In this document: positions 19,138 to 28,367 of the stretch, one piece after another
Numbering within the stretch: the first letter of the stretch is position 1
How the letters are laid out: each line of letters starts with the position of its first letter
DNA from: an uncultured Gemmatimonadales bacterium
GTDB lineage: Bacteria > Gemmatimonadota > Gemmatimonadetes > Gemmatimonadales > Gemmatimonadaceae
Direction of reading: 5' to 3'
Length of the DNA: 64,000 nt
NCBI GenBank assembly: GCA_963851265.1
Contig: CAWKNZ010000003.1
Span: 96,001-160,000, forward strand
Notes under the pieces: generated by a model
What the model saw: only the letters and a program-made list of their open reading frames with translations
Databases searched by the model: none
What the model was told of the DNA's origin: nothing
Position numbers and translations under genes: made by a program

Positions 19138-20619
19138 TTACGAGGTCCGGGACTGCGTGAGGGCGGTGAACTGCGTCGAGAGCGCGGTGCCGGTCGCCTG
19201 CAACTGGCTCAGGGCCGTCTCGAACTTCGCGTACTGCGCGAGGAGCGCCGCCTGCTGCTTGGCCACGCGGCTGTCCAGGGTGTCGATGCGGCTCTGAAGC
19301 TTCGCGCTCTGCCCGTCGATGCTGGACTCGCGCTGGGCGATCGTTCCGATGGTCGGTAGTGCGGTCGAGGTGGCGTACGTCGACACGGCGGACATCCGGT
19401 CCGTGAACAGGGCCGACAGATCGCTGGGACTCGCCTGCAACGCCTTCTGGAACGCGGTCGCATCGAGCGTCATGGAGCCGTCAGCCTGAAGCGAGACGCC
19501 GGCCGTAGCCAGCGTCGGGAACGCCGGTGGTGCGGCGTTCGGCGCCGGAGCGGCGGCGTTCGCGAGCATCGCGGTCGTGAGCTGCGATTGCGCGTCGCGC
19601 AGGCTGGGATCGTTGTGGAGCGGCGGCCACGTCCCGTCCGCCTGTACCGTGTTCTGCGTCTTGATGAATTTCTGCACGGCGTTGTAGCTGTCGACGAACG
19701 CCTGCACGTTCGCCTGGGCCTTGTCGGGTTGCCGGGTGAGCGTCACGGTGCTGGATCCGACTGCCCCGAGGACCAGGCTGACGCCCCCGATCGCGTCCGA
19801 CACGGTGTTGGACGGGCGTGTGATCGCCACGCCGTCGACCGTGAGCTTGGCATCCTGGGCGGCGACCGTCGGGGCCCCGAGTCCGAGCGTGGTCATGAGC
19901 GACGGCGACGTGCCCGAGGCGTCGGCGAGTGTGAACCCGCCGGCCTGGCCCGACGCGCTCGCCGTCAGCACGAGATGGGCGCCGCTGCCGTCGGGGTTCG
20001 CACTCACGATCGACGCCTGCACGCCCGTCTGGCTCTGGACGAGGTTCAGACTGTCGCGGATCGACGCGAGAGTGTCCGTGCTCGCCACGTTGACCGTGAT
20101 CGCCTTCCCCGCGCCCGTCGTGAGCGTCAGCCCTCCGGTGACACCGAGCGCGCTCGTGCTGCTTGCGAGCGCCACCGACCCCACGGTTTTCTGTGCCTGG
20201 GCGAGTTGCTGGACGCTCACGCCGTACGTCCCGGCGCTCGCGGCACTCGTCGAGGTCGCGGCGACGACGGCCCGGCCGCTCGCGTCGGTGCCGTTGGCGG
20301 TCACGGCGTACGTGTTGAAGCCGGCCCCGTACGTCAGTGCGTTAGCCGCGGCGCCGAGGGCCGTCAGGTCCTGCGCCAGCGTGTCGAGCGCAGACTTGCG
20401 GGCGCCGTTCGCGCTGATCTGCGCCGTCCACGCCACCTCGGGCTGCTTCATCTGCGCGACGAGGCTGTTCACGAGCGCGGTCGTGTCGATGCCGCTCGCG
20501 AGGCCGGTGACCGAGCTCGCCGCGCCGCCGACGCCGGTCGAGGTCGCGGAGGACGTCACGAGGGACGACGGAATCGTTGACGCGGAGGTCGTCGACGAGG
20601 AGCCGCTGACGGAAGCCAT
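19138..20619 (-). CDS. fliD: Flagellar filament cap protein FliD
   Basis: GLASGIDT, VQQLAQAQ, AQDAKLTVDG, FVDSYN, QYAKFETALSQL. Confidence 0.94.
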   Translation of the reverse strand: MASVSGSSSTTSASTIPSSLVTSSATSTGVGGAASSVTGLASGIDTTALVNSLVAQMKQPEVAWTAQISANGARKSALDTLAQDLTALGAAANALTYGAGFNTYAVTANGTDASGRAVVAATSTSAASAGTYGVSVQQLAQAQKTVGSVALASSTSALGVTGGLTLTTGAGKAITVNVASTDTLASIRDSLNLVQSQTGVQASIVSANPDGSGAHLVLTASASGQAGGFTLADASGTSPSLMTTLGLGAPTVAAQDAKLTVDGVAITRPSNTVSDAIGGVSLVLGAVGSSTVTLTRQPDKAQANVQAFVDSYNAVQKFIKTQNTVQADGTWPPLHNDPSLRDAQSQLTTAMLANAAAPAPNAAPPAFPTLATAGVSLQADGSMTLDATAFQKALQASPSDLSALFTDRMSAVSTYATSTALPTIGTIAQRESSIDGQSAKLQSRIDTLDSRVAKQQAALLAQYAKFETALSQLQATGTALSTQFTALTQSRTS

Positions 20620-20690
20620 GCGAAGTGCGGGGACGCCAGGAAGGAGGGTGGCGACAGCGGTCGCCCGGACAACGCCCGATAAACGGTCGC

Positions 20691-20781
20691 CGCGGGTGGC
20701 GGGTCACGGGGCCGGCGCGATAGCGCCAGCTTCGTGACCCGCCGCCCGCGGTTCCCCCAAGTGAGGAACGGGGGAACCGCG
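20691..20781 (-). terminator. Two overlapping GC-rich hairpins between fliC and fliD
   Basis: 12-bp stem CGCGGTTCCCCC/GGGGGAACCGCG (20747-20781) and a long imperfect stem (20691-20750). Confidence 0.6.
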
Positions 20782-20788
20782 TGTTGAC

Positions 20789-21988
20789 TTACTGCAGGAG
20801 CTTCAGGACGCTCTGCGTGCTCTGATTCGCCTGCGACAGCATCGACTGCGCGGCCTGCTGCAGGATGTTGCTCTTCGTGAAGCTCGTCATTTCCGCCGCC
20901 ATGTCGGTGTCGCGGATGGTCGACTCCGCCGCATTCGTGTTCTGGAGCGCGGTCGCGACGTTGGTCGAGGCGAAGCCGAGGCGGCTTTCCGAGGCGCCGA
21001 GACTGCCGAGCGAGGTGTTGATGCTGCTCGTCGCCGCGTCGATGGCGGTCAGGGCCGAGGCCGCACCCGCCGCAGTCGTGAGGTCGACCGAGGAGAGGCC
21101 GAGCCCCGCCGAGCTGACGTTGATCGAACCGACCTGGATCTGGTCGTTTCCGCCGAACGCATAGCTGCCGCTCGAGCTGACCTGGAAGGCGCCCGTCTTC
21201 TGGACCGCGAACGCCGCTCCGCCGGTCGCGGCGAGGGTGGCCGCGTCGGTGCCGGTGCCCGCGGCGAGATCGAAGTTCGACGGGATCGCGAAGCCGAAGC
21301 TGCCCTTACCGCCCGACGTGGTCACCGTCGTTCCGAGGCTCGCCGAGGTGAGCGCGGCCGTGGTGGACGCGGCGTTCGCGATCGCCGTGCCTGTGCTGTC
21401 CTGGGGCGTGAAGGTCAGCTTCTTGCTCGTGGCGTCATAGCTGACCGCGACGGTCGCCGTGTTGGCCGGCAGCCCAGAACCCGCGATGGGGACCGTGATG
21501 GTGTTCGCGAGCCCACCCGCGCCCTTGAAGACGGCGTTGGTGCCCGTCGCGCTCTGGTCCACGCCGGCGCCGAAGGACCCGTCGAGCAGGTTCGTGCCCT
21601 GATAGTTCGTCGTCGACGCGATACGATCGACTTCGCCCTTCAGCTGCGTGAACTCCTTCTGGAGCTGGACCGACTGATTCCCGATGTTGGAGGAGTTCGC
21701 CTGCGTGGCGAGCTCCTTCATGCGGTCCAGGATCGACGAGACGGTCTGCGTCGCGCCGTCCATCACCTGCAGCATCGAGGTCGCCTGGGCGACGTTCTTC
21801 TGCGCCTGGCCGAGGCCCTTCGTGTCGGAGCGGAGCTTGTTCGCGATGGCGAGGCCTGCCGCGTCATCACCCGCGTTGTTGATCCGGAAGCCCGACGACA
21901 GGCGCTGGATCGACTGCTGCGTGTTCTTCTCGTTCACGCTCATGTAGTTGAGCGCGAAGCTGGCCGAGGCGTTGGTCTGGATCTTCAT
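20789..21988 (-). CDS. fliC: Flagellin
   Basis: MKIQTN..RLSSGFRIN.AGDDAAGLAI; C-terminal IRDTDMAAEM..VLKLLQ. Confidence 0.97.
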   Translation of the reverse strand: MKIQTNASASFALNYMSVNEKNTQQSIQRLSSGFRINNAGDDAAGLAIANKLRSDTKGLGQAQKNVAQATSMLQVMDGATQTVSSILDRMKELATQANSSNIGNQSVQLQKEFTQLKGEVDRIASTTNYQGTNLLDGSFGAGVDQSATGTNAVFKGAGGLANTITVPIAGSGLPANTATVAVSYDATSKKLTFTPQDSTGTAIANAASTTAALTSASLGTTVTTSGGKGSFGFAIPSNFDLAAGTGTDAATLAATGGAAFAVQKTGAFQVSSSGSYAFGGNDQIQVGSINVSSAGLGLSSVDLTTAAGAASALTAIDAATSSINTSLGSLGASESRLGFASTNVATALQNTNAAESTIRDTDMAAEMTSFTKSNILQQAAQSMLSQANQSTQSVLKLLQ

Positions 21989-21993
21989 GGTGT

Positions 21994-22031
21994 GTCAGTC
22001 CCTGACGTGGTGGACGGAGCGTCCGTGCTCC
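21994..22031 (-). promoter_or_regulatory. Two CsrA/RsmA-type GGA-loop hairpins in the flagellin 5' UTR
   Basis: mRNA GGAGC-ACGGAC-GCUCC and GUCAG-GGA-CUGAC; the second contains the SD. Confidence 0.65.
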
Positions 22032-22067
22032 GGTTGTGCGTGGGCCGGTGTGGCCTCGCAGGAACAG

Positions 22068-22094
22068 GTGTCGGCGGCGGGCGCGAAAACTTGA
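22068..22094 (-). promoter_or_regulatory. Sigma28 (FliA) promoter of fliC
   Basis: TCAA-N15-GCCGACAC, same layout as the flgM promoter. Confidence 0.8.
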
Positions 22095-22123
22095 GCGCGG
22101 CGCTCGGGCGCCGCCGTGGTGCG

Positions 22124-22585
22124 TCAGGCGACCGCGAGTGGGACGCGCACGCGGCCCTGGCCGTCGTCGATCACGACCTGTCGCGCGGTGTGCGACGGCG
22201 CGTGGAAGACCACCGGGGCCTGCAGGTTGGCCGTGGCGGTCCCGCGCGTTTCGCCGAGGGTGACAACGACCAACGCGGCGAAGTCGTCGCCGGACGCGGC
22301 GGGGCCGGCGAGGGCCTCGAGGTCGTGGGCGGACACGTCGATCTCGTGCTGCGGGAAGAAGTGGCCGGGGTCGGCGAGGAGGAACACCAGGTCGGCCGCT
22401 TCCGTCGACTGCAGCCAGTAGAGCGCGGGGCGGCCGGCGGGGACGAGCACGAAGCCGCGGCACGCGTCGAAGCCGTACAGGCCGGCGGGGAACGCGTAGC
22501 GGGCGCCGGGCGCGGCCGCGATGGGCCCGAGCAGGTCGGACATGACGGTCTCGGCGGGCGCGGGGGCGATCATCGTCGTTGGCAT
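22124..22585 (-). CDS. fliW: Flagellar assembly factor FliW (CsrA antagonist)
   Basis: FPAGLYGF, LYWLQS, FLLADPGHFFP, TANLQAPVV. Confidence 0.9.
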   Translation of the reverse strand: MPTTMIAPAPAETVMSDLLGPIAAAPGARYAFPAGLYGFDACRGFVLVPAGRPALYWLQSTEAADLVFLLADPGHFFPQHEIDVSAHDLEALAGPAASGDDFAALVVVTLGETRGTATANLQAPVVFHAPSHTARQVVIDDGQGRVRVPLAVA

Positions 22586-22587
22586 GG

Positions 22588-23541
22588 TCAGCGGAGGTAT
22601 TCCGTTAGGCTCAGCCCCATCACCTTCGACGAGGCCATCATGGCAGTCTGGTACGCGGTCTGGCGTGCGACCATCTCGGTGTAGGCCTGCGCGGTGTCGA
22701 CCTGGCTCAGGTCGGACTTCTGCTGCGTGAACGTCGTTTGCAGCGCGGCGAGGCTGGTCTTCACGGCGTCGACCCGGTTCTGGCGCGCGCCGAGGTCGCC
22801 GACGCGGACCTGGACCGAGTCGACCGCGGCATCGACCGACGTGAGGGCGTTGCCGATCGTGGACGGGTCGGCGCTGGAGAGCGATTGCTGCAGCTGCTGG
22901 AGCGCGGCGAGTACGCCCTTGCTGCTGTCGGGCGCTCCGTTGGTCGTACCCAGGAAGACCGACGTGCCGTCGTGCGGTCCGGGGAGGGTCTGGCCGCCGG
23001 CGCCGACGTCGACCGAACGTTCACCCGTCGGGTAGCGCGGAACGGGCGGTGCGCCGACCGTCGCCGCCGGATCGGTGGGGACGAAGTTCGGTTGCGTGGC
23101 GTCGAACGGCTCGCGCCCGTCGTTGCTGGTGCCGCCGAAGAGATAGGTGTTGCCGACCTTCGTGTTGCCGAGGTTCACGGCCTGCGCGAAGAGTTGCTGC
23201 ACCTCCGCGGCGGCGGCGGCGCGCGAGCTCGCGCTCGCCGTCGAGGAGTTCCCGGCGGTGCCGAGTTCCTTCGCCCGGTTCAGGATGTCGGTGATCTGCT
23301 GGAGCGCGCCGTCTTCTGCGTTGAGGAGCGTGCTCGTGCCCGTCGCGTTGCGCGTGTACTGGTCGATGCCGCGCAGCGAGGCCTGGGCTCGCACGACCTG
23401 ACTCGCCGCGGTCGGGTCGTCGCTCATCTTGGTCAGCTTGAGGCCGGACGAGACCTGGTCCTGGGCGTCGGACAGCTTGGAGGACGCGTCCATCAAGCGG
23501 GCGATGATGGCCTGCGTCTGGCCGGCGGTAGTTACGCGCAT
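22588..23541 (-). CDS. flgL: Hook-filament junction protein FlgL
   Basis: MRVT..SSGLK..SDDP, YLFGG, C-terminal SLTEYLR. Confidence 0.93.
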   Translation of the reverse strand: MRVTTAGQTQAIIARLMDASSKLSDAQDQVSSGLKLTKMSDDPTAASQVVRAQASLRGIDQYTRNATGTSTLLNAEDGALQQITDILNRAKELGTAGNSSTASASSRAAAAAEVQQLFAQAVNLGNTKVGNTYLFGGTSNDGREPFDATQPNFVPTDPAATVGAPPVPRYPTGERSVDVGAGGQTLPGPHDGTSVFLGTTNGAPDSSKGVLAALQQLQQSLSSADPSTIGNALTSVDAAVDSVQVRVGDLGARQNRVDAVKTSLAALQTTFTQQKSDLSQVDTAQAYTEMVARQTAYQTAMMASSKVMGLSLTEYLR

Positions 23542-23643
23542 GCGACGGTGGCGGTGCGGGACGAACAGGAGCGCCCCAGCGGGCGGGACGGGCCGCGAAG
23601 CGACCCGCGGAGGACGCCCGAACGGTTTCCGCGGTCACGACAG

Positions 23644-23682
23644 CGGCACGGTGCGCCGAGGCTGGGCCGGCAATACCTTCCG
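23644..23682. promoter_or_regulatory. Pair of CGGCA-N5-TGCCG-like boxes just upstream of the sigma54 activator gene
   Basis: CGGCACGGTGCGCCG (23644) and CGGCAATACCTTCCG (23668), 24 nt apart, as at fliF and fliL. Confidence 0.55.
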
Positions 23683-23685
23683 CCC

Positions 23686-25134
23686 ATGGCCACCATCCTC
23701 TGGGTCGACGACGACGCTGCCGTCGGCCTGATTCTCGACGACACGCTGCGCCGCGCGGGGCACGAACCGGTGGGCGCGCGGCACGTCGCCGAGGCGCTGC
23801 ACGTGCTCGAGCGGTCGGCGATCGACCTCGTGATCTCGGACTACCGGATGCCGGGAATCACGGGCCTCGAGTTCCTGACGATGTTGCAGCGCGAGGGGCA
23901 CGACGTGCCGGTGATCATGCTGACCGGGCACGCGTCGATCGAGCACGCGGTGACGGCGATCAAGGCCGGCGCGGTGGACTACATCACCAAGCCCGTGCGC
24001 CCGCAGCAGCTCGAGCTGGCGGTGGACCAGGCGCTCGAGTACGTACGGCTCAAGCGCGAGAACGAGGCGTTACGGCGCGAGGTGAGCGCGATCCGGAGCG
24101 AGCGGCAGATCGTCGGCGAGTCGCCGGCGATGCGCCGGCTGCTGCAGACGGTGAAGACGGCCGCGCCGACGCGCGCCACGGTGCTGCTCCAAGGGGAGAG
24201 CGGAACGGGCAAGGAGCTGTTCGCGCGCGCGGTGCACGACCAGAGCGAGCGGCGCGACCGGCCCTTCATCCAGCTCAATTGCGCGGCGCTCCCGGAGGGG
24301 CTCATCGAGAGCGCGTTGTTCGGGCACGAGAAGGGCGCGTTCACGGGGGCGATCCGGCGGGTGGAGGGCGCGTTCGAGCGCGCGCACCGCGGGACGCTGC
24401 TGCTGGACGAGGTGAGCGAGATGCGGCTCGACCTGCAGGCGAAGCTGCTGCGCGTGCTGCAGGAGCAGGAGTTCGAGCGGGTGGGCGGGACGCAGCCGGT
24501 GAAGGTGGACGTACGGATCATCGCGACGACGAACCGCGACCTCGCGTCGGAGGCGGCGGCGGGCACGTTCCGGCAGGACCTCTACTACCGGCTGAGCGTC
24601 ATCCCGCTGTCGATTCCGCCGTTGCGGGAGCGGCCCGAGGACGTGCCGCTGCTGGCGACGCGATTCGCCGTGCGGACGGCGGACGAGATGGGGAAGCGGT
24701 TCGACGGGATCGCGCCGGAGACCATGCTGGCACTGCAGCGCTACACGTGGCCGGGGAACGTGCGCGAGCTGCAGCACGTGATCGAGCGGGCGGTCATCCT
24801 GTCGCCGGAGGCGACGCTGCTGCCGCACGCGCTGGAGCCGGCGCGGTTTGGGCTGACGGGTGCGGGGATCGGTTCGGGCGGGCCGGGGGCTCGCGGCGCG
24901 GCGCTGGCCGCACTCGCGGCGTCGAACGGCGCGGCGGGGGAGGGCGGCGGCGCCGCGGACGACCCGATGCGGGTGGTGCTCCATTCGCTCGACGTGACGC
25001 GCGCCGAGGCGGTGTTGATCGAGCGCGCGCTGGAGGTCGCCAAAGGCAACCGGACGCGCGCGTCGGAGCTGCTCGGGATTTCGGTGCGGACGCTGCGGAA
25101 CAAGCTGAACGGACCGGGGCGCGAGGTGGCCTAA
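23686..25134 (+). CDS. Sigma54-dependent response regulator (NtrC/FleR-like), probable flagellar activator
   Basis: REC domain; AAA+ GESGTGKE, GAFTGA, WPGNVREL; C-terminal Fis HTH. True start is the ATG at 23686. Confidence 0.92.
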   Translation: MATILWVDDDAAVGLILDDTLRRAGHEPVGARHVAEALHVLERSAIDLVISDYRMPGITGLEFLTMLQREGHDVPVIMLTGHASIEHAVTAIKAGAVDYITKPVRPQQLELAVDQALEYVRLKRENEALRREVSAIRSERQIVGESPAMRRLLQTVKTAAPTRATVLLQGESGTGKELFARAVHDQSERRDRPFIQLNCAALPEGLIESALFGHEKGAFTGAIRRVEGAFERAHRGTLLLDEVSEMRLDLQAKLLRVLQEQEFERVGGTQPVKVDVRIIATTNRDLASEAAAGTFRQDLYYRLSVIPLSIPPLRERPEDVPLLATRFAVRTADEMGKRFDGIAPETMLALQRYTWPGNVRELQHVIERAVILSPEATLLPHALEPARFGLTGAGIGSGGPGARGAALAALAASNGAAGEGGGAADDPMRVVLHSLDVTRAEAVLIERALEVAKGNRTRASELLGISVRTLRNKLNGPGREVA

Positions 25135-25165
25135 CGCACGGGTCGCGCAGGCGCGGGCGGCCCTG

Positions 25166-26188
25166 TCAGGCGACCTCGTCGCCGGCGAGCGCGGTAAGGA
25201 GCATGTGCGGCGCCGTGAGCGCGGCGAGGCCGGCGAAGAGCACGCGTACCGCCGCGGGGGTGGCCGTGGCTGGTGCGGCGTGCGCGCCGCCGGCGAGGGC
25301 GAGCCAGGCGACCGCGCCTAGCACGAGCGTCGCGAGCGTGGCCGGAAGTGCGGCGCGGGCGAACCAACCCCACGCGCGGCGCGGGTGCGCGGGGTCGAGC
25401 GATGCGGCCAGGGCGAGCGCGTGGCGGGCGGAGTGGAGGAGGCAGAAGTAGACGAGGAACCCGACGAACGGCGGGAGTGTCGCGGCGACGGCGGGTACGG
25501 CGAGGCACTCGAGCGCGTCGGCGACGTGTGCGCGGCGGTTCGGGCGGCGGCGTGCGGCCGCGGCGTGGGCGAGCGCGAAGACGACACAGCCGGGCGCGAC
25601 GACGCACCAGGCGAGACGACCCGATGCGGCAGTGATGAGGTCCAGCGCGGCCACCGACGCGCCCGGTGCGACCCACGCGAAGGCCTGGCGGACAGCGACG
25701 GGGTGTGCGGCCGCGGGGACCAGGATCGGCGCCGCGCCACGCACCATCACCTCGGCCCACGCGAGGCCGCGGGGTGCGCGAGCGGCGGCGACGTCGCCGA
25801 GGCCGAAGTGGAGCGCGGACGCCGCAAGGAACGCGGCGAGCGTGATGGCGGGCGCCGACCACCAGCCGACAACGATCACCGCGCCGAGGAGGACGTAACC
25901 GGCGTGGAAGGGCGCCCACCAGTGCCGACCGAGGCGCCGGGCGAGCCAGCGCCGGCCGACGAGGGGATCGAGGGCGCCGTGCGGAACGCCGAAGACCGCG
26001 ACCGCCGCGACGAGGACGGCGACCTGCACCGCGAGCGCCGGCTGCACCGAGGCGGGGCGGAGGGTCGCCACGACAACGATCGACCAGCAGAGCGCGCCCG
26101 CGGCGACGGTGTGTCGCGCGCGCCACCTCGGGAGCCAGACCGACACGTCGGAGACGCGGGCCGCGGTCACACGGCGGCGAGGCGACAC
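25166..26188 (-). CDS. blh: Brp/Blh family beta-carotene 15,15'-dioxygenase
   Basis: GVPHGALD, HFG, LHSARH, TAPHM His motifs; multi-TM. Confidence 0.92.
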   Translation of the reverse strand: MSPRRRVTAARVSDVSVWLPRWRARHTVAAGALCWSIVVVATLRPASVQPALAVQVAVLVAAVAVFGVPHGALDPLVGRRWLARRLGRHWWAPFHAGYVLLGAVIVVGWWSAPAITLAAFLAASALHFGLGDVAAARAPRGLAWAEVMVRGAAPILVPAAAHPVAVRQAFAWVAPGASVAALDLITAASGRLAWCVVAPGCVVFALAHAAAARRRPNRRAHVADALECLAVPAVAATLPPFVGFLVYFCLLHSARHALALAASLDPAHPRRAWGWFARAALPATLATLVLGAVAWLALAGGAHAAPATATPAAVRVLFAGLAALTAPHMLLTALAGDEVA

Positions 26189-27336
26189 GCTTCGGCCGCG
26201 AACGGCAGCGGCGGCAGCGCCGCAATCACGCGGGCCGCGTCGGAGGGCGAGCCGACGTCCGAAAGAAAGCGGACGAGCGCGTCGGGATCTGCGGCCGCGA
26301 ACAGGCGCACGAACATGGCCGGCGCCGCCGCGGGGTCGCTCCGCAGTCGTCGCAGGAAGACGTGGTCGAGCCAGCGCGCGACGGCCCCGCGCGGGCGTGG
26401 CACGGCTGCGGGTCCGGGCGTGGTGAGCGTGTGGGCGAGCGCCGCCGCGTCGCGCTGGATGGCGAGGAAGGCGTACCCGGTGGACGGCTTGGCCATGCCG
26501 CCGGCGACGCCGATGCGGGTGACGCGCGGCGCGGGACGGCGGACGACGGGTGCGGCGTCCATGGGGATGACGCCGGCCTCGCGCGAACGCACCCCGTACG
26601 CGCCCCCCGTGAGGCGGTCGGCGTAGCGCGCGAGGGCCGCATCGAGGGCGACAGGCGCCGGCGCGCGCTCGGCGACGACGGCCACCTCGACCAGCGCGTC
26701 GTGGGCCGTGTAGGGGAGCACGTAGCCGAACGCGAATCCGTCGCCGGGCTGCTCGACCGTGAAGTCCATCAGCGTGGCAACGCCGGCGTCGAAGGCGGCG
26801 TGGGTCGTGTGCACCACGGCGCCGGCGAACGCCTGGACGAGGCGCGCGGCGCGCGGCGCGGCGCTGGCGGGCGGCGCCGCGCTCGCCGCGGCGCTCGGCC
26901 GGCTGTCGAACACACGCGCGGCGTGCAGTGCGCCCCCCGTGGCGTACACATGCACCGCGCTACCCACGTCGGCGAGCGCGTCGACGCGTTCGCCGAGGCG
27001 CAGTTCGACGTGGCGCGCGCGGCTGATGCGCGCGAGGGCCTCGGCGTAGAACGCGTCGGCGGGGACGTGCTGATACGCGTAGCGCGTCGAGCCGCGCTCC
27101 ACGACCGCCCCGTCGGGCGCGACGACGCGCCAGCGCGACCAGCGGTGCGTAACGGCCGCGGCGAACGGGTGCTCGTGGACGTCCCAATAGCACCACGTGC
27201 GGTCGCGGCCGAACGTCGTCCGCTCGTCGAGGACGACGACGCGACCCGCGCGTGGTCCCGCGTCGGCGAGGCGTGCGGCGAGGCTCAGCCCCGCGCACCC
27301 CGCGCCGACGATCACGACGTTGGCGTCGCGCGGCAC
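26167..27336 (-). CDS. crtY: Lycopene beta-cyclase
   Basis: GAGCAGLSLA, DRTWCYW, LMDF, FGYVLP, REAGVIPM, AKPSTGYAF. Confidence 0.9.
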   Translation of the reverse strand: MPRDANVVIVGAGCAGLSLAARLADAGPRAGRVVVLDERTTFGRDRTWCYWDVHEHPFAAAVTHRWSRWRVVAPDGAVVERGSTRYAYQHVPADAFYAEALARISRARHVELRLGERVDALADVGSAVHVYATGGALHAARVFDSRPSAAASAAPPASAAPRAARLVQAFAGAVVHTTHAAFDAGVATLMDFTVEQPGDGFAFGYVLPYTAHDALVEVAVVAERAPAPVALDAALARYADRLTGGAYGVRSREAGVIPMDAAPVVRRPAPRVTRIGVAGGMAKPSTGYAFLAIQRDAAALAHTLTTPGPAAVPRPRGAVARWLDHVFLRRLRSDPAAAPAMFVRLFAAADPDALVRFLSDVGSPSDAARVIAALPPLPFAAEACRLAAV

Positions 27337-27373
27337 CGCCGGTCCGTGCGGTCAGAGTGGATGGAACGCCAGG

Positions 27374-28201
27374 CTAGCGCACCCCCGTACCGGCGACATC
27401 GCGACGCTCACGAGCGCGCTCGCGCTCCGACCCGACGCGGCCCGAGCTCGGATTCGGCGGCAGCGAGGTGATGGGCTCGACCACCGGGCGATAGTTGGCC
27501 GAGTGCGGTTCGAGCTGCGCGCTGCCGGCGAGGGTCATGAAGCCGTAGCCGACCTTCGCGATGATGTCGAGCACGAGGAAGATCAGTGCTTCGGTCGGGG
27601 CCTCGAAGAGGCGGAACCCTTCGGGCGCGCCGAGCCAGACGAGCGGGTACAGGAGCCAGAGCACGGACAGGACGGTCGCGTTGCGCGTGAACACGGCGCC
27701 GACCGTCGGGCTGGTCTGGCTTTTGGCCTCGCGGCGGAGCGGCCCCCAGATCAGCGCGTACACAGCCAACTGGAACGCGCAGCTCACGATGTACCAGGTG
27801 ACCTTGGAGCCCTGCACGTGCGACAGCGCGGCGGCGAGGCCGGTGCCCATGATCGCGACGTCGGCGACGAGGATGCCGACGACGAGCGCGGGGCGGCGCC
27901 GCAGCTCACCGAGCGCCGTGGTGCAGAGCGCGGCGAGCAGGAGTGGCGTCGTGATCGACCAGTCGACGTAGCGGGCGAGGTAGACGTGCCGCGACTGCTC
28001 GGGGATCTCGACCCGGAGCTGGTCGAGGCCCATGAACGTGTAGAAGACGGCCGCCGTTAGGCAGACGAGGAGGTGGAAGACGTACTCCGGCTCGGAGTCG
28101 CGCGGCTTGCCGCGCGACCGCGCGATCATCGCGAACGCGCCGAGCGCGAGGACCACCGTGCCCACCCAGTAAAACTGCCGCTCACTTGCGTACGGTTCCA
28201 T
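27374..28201 (-). CDS. Type-1 microbial rhodopsin (DTA motif)
   Basis: 7 TM helices; RYVDWSITTPLLLAA; LYPLVW; LDIIAKVGYG with the retinal Lys. Start ATG 28201 with a strong SD. Confidence 0.95.
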   Translation of the reverse strand: MEPYASERQFYWVGTVVLALGAFAMIARSRGKPRDSEPEYVFHLLVCLTAAVFYTFMGLDQLRVEIPEQSRHVYLARYVDWSITTPLLLAALCTTALGELRRRPALVVGILVADVAIMGTGLAAALSHVQGSKVTWYIVSCAFQLAVYALIWGPLRREAKSQTSPTVGAVFTRNATVLSVLWLLYPLVWLGAPEGFRLFEAPTEALIFLVLDIIAKVGYGFMTLAGSAQLEPHSANYRPVVEPITSLPPNPSSGRVGSERERARERRDVAGTGVR

Positions 28202-28367
28202 ATTCCCCCTCCCCTCCCTCGAACCAGTGTCGTTAGTCGACGCGGCGCGTCGATCCCGCCCGGCCCCGCGCCGGCGCGTGTTGCGTACAGGCTGGTGGCA
28301 TGCCTCACGCCAGCAGGCGCTCAACGCGCCGGCACGTGCGCGGGTTCACAACGCCTCACGGGCGGCG

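Noticed and set aside
27374..28201. Xenorhodopsin or sensory rhodopsin-transducer pair
   Set aside because: D212 is retained (xenorhodopsins have Pro) and no Htr/ASRT-like gene is adjacent.
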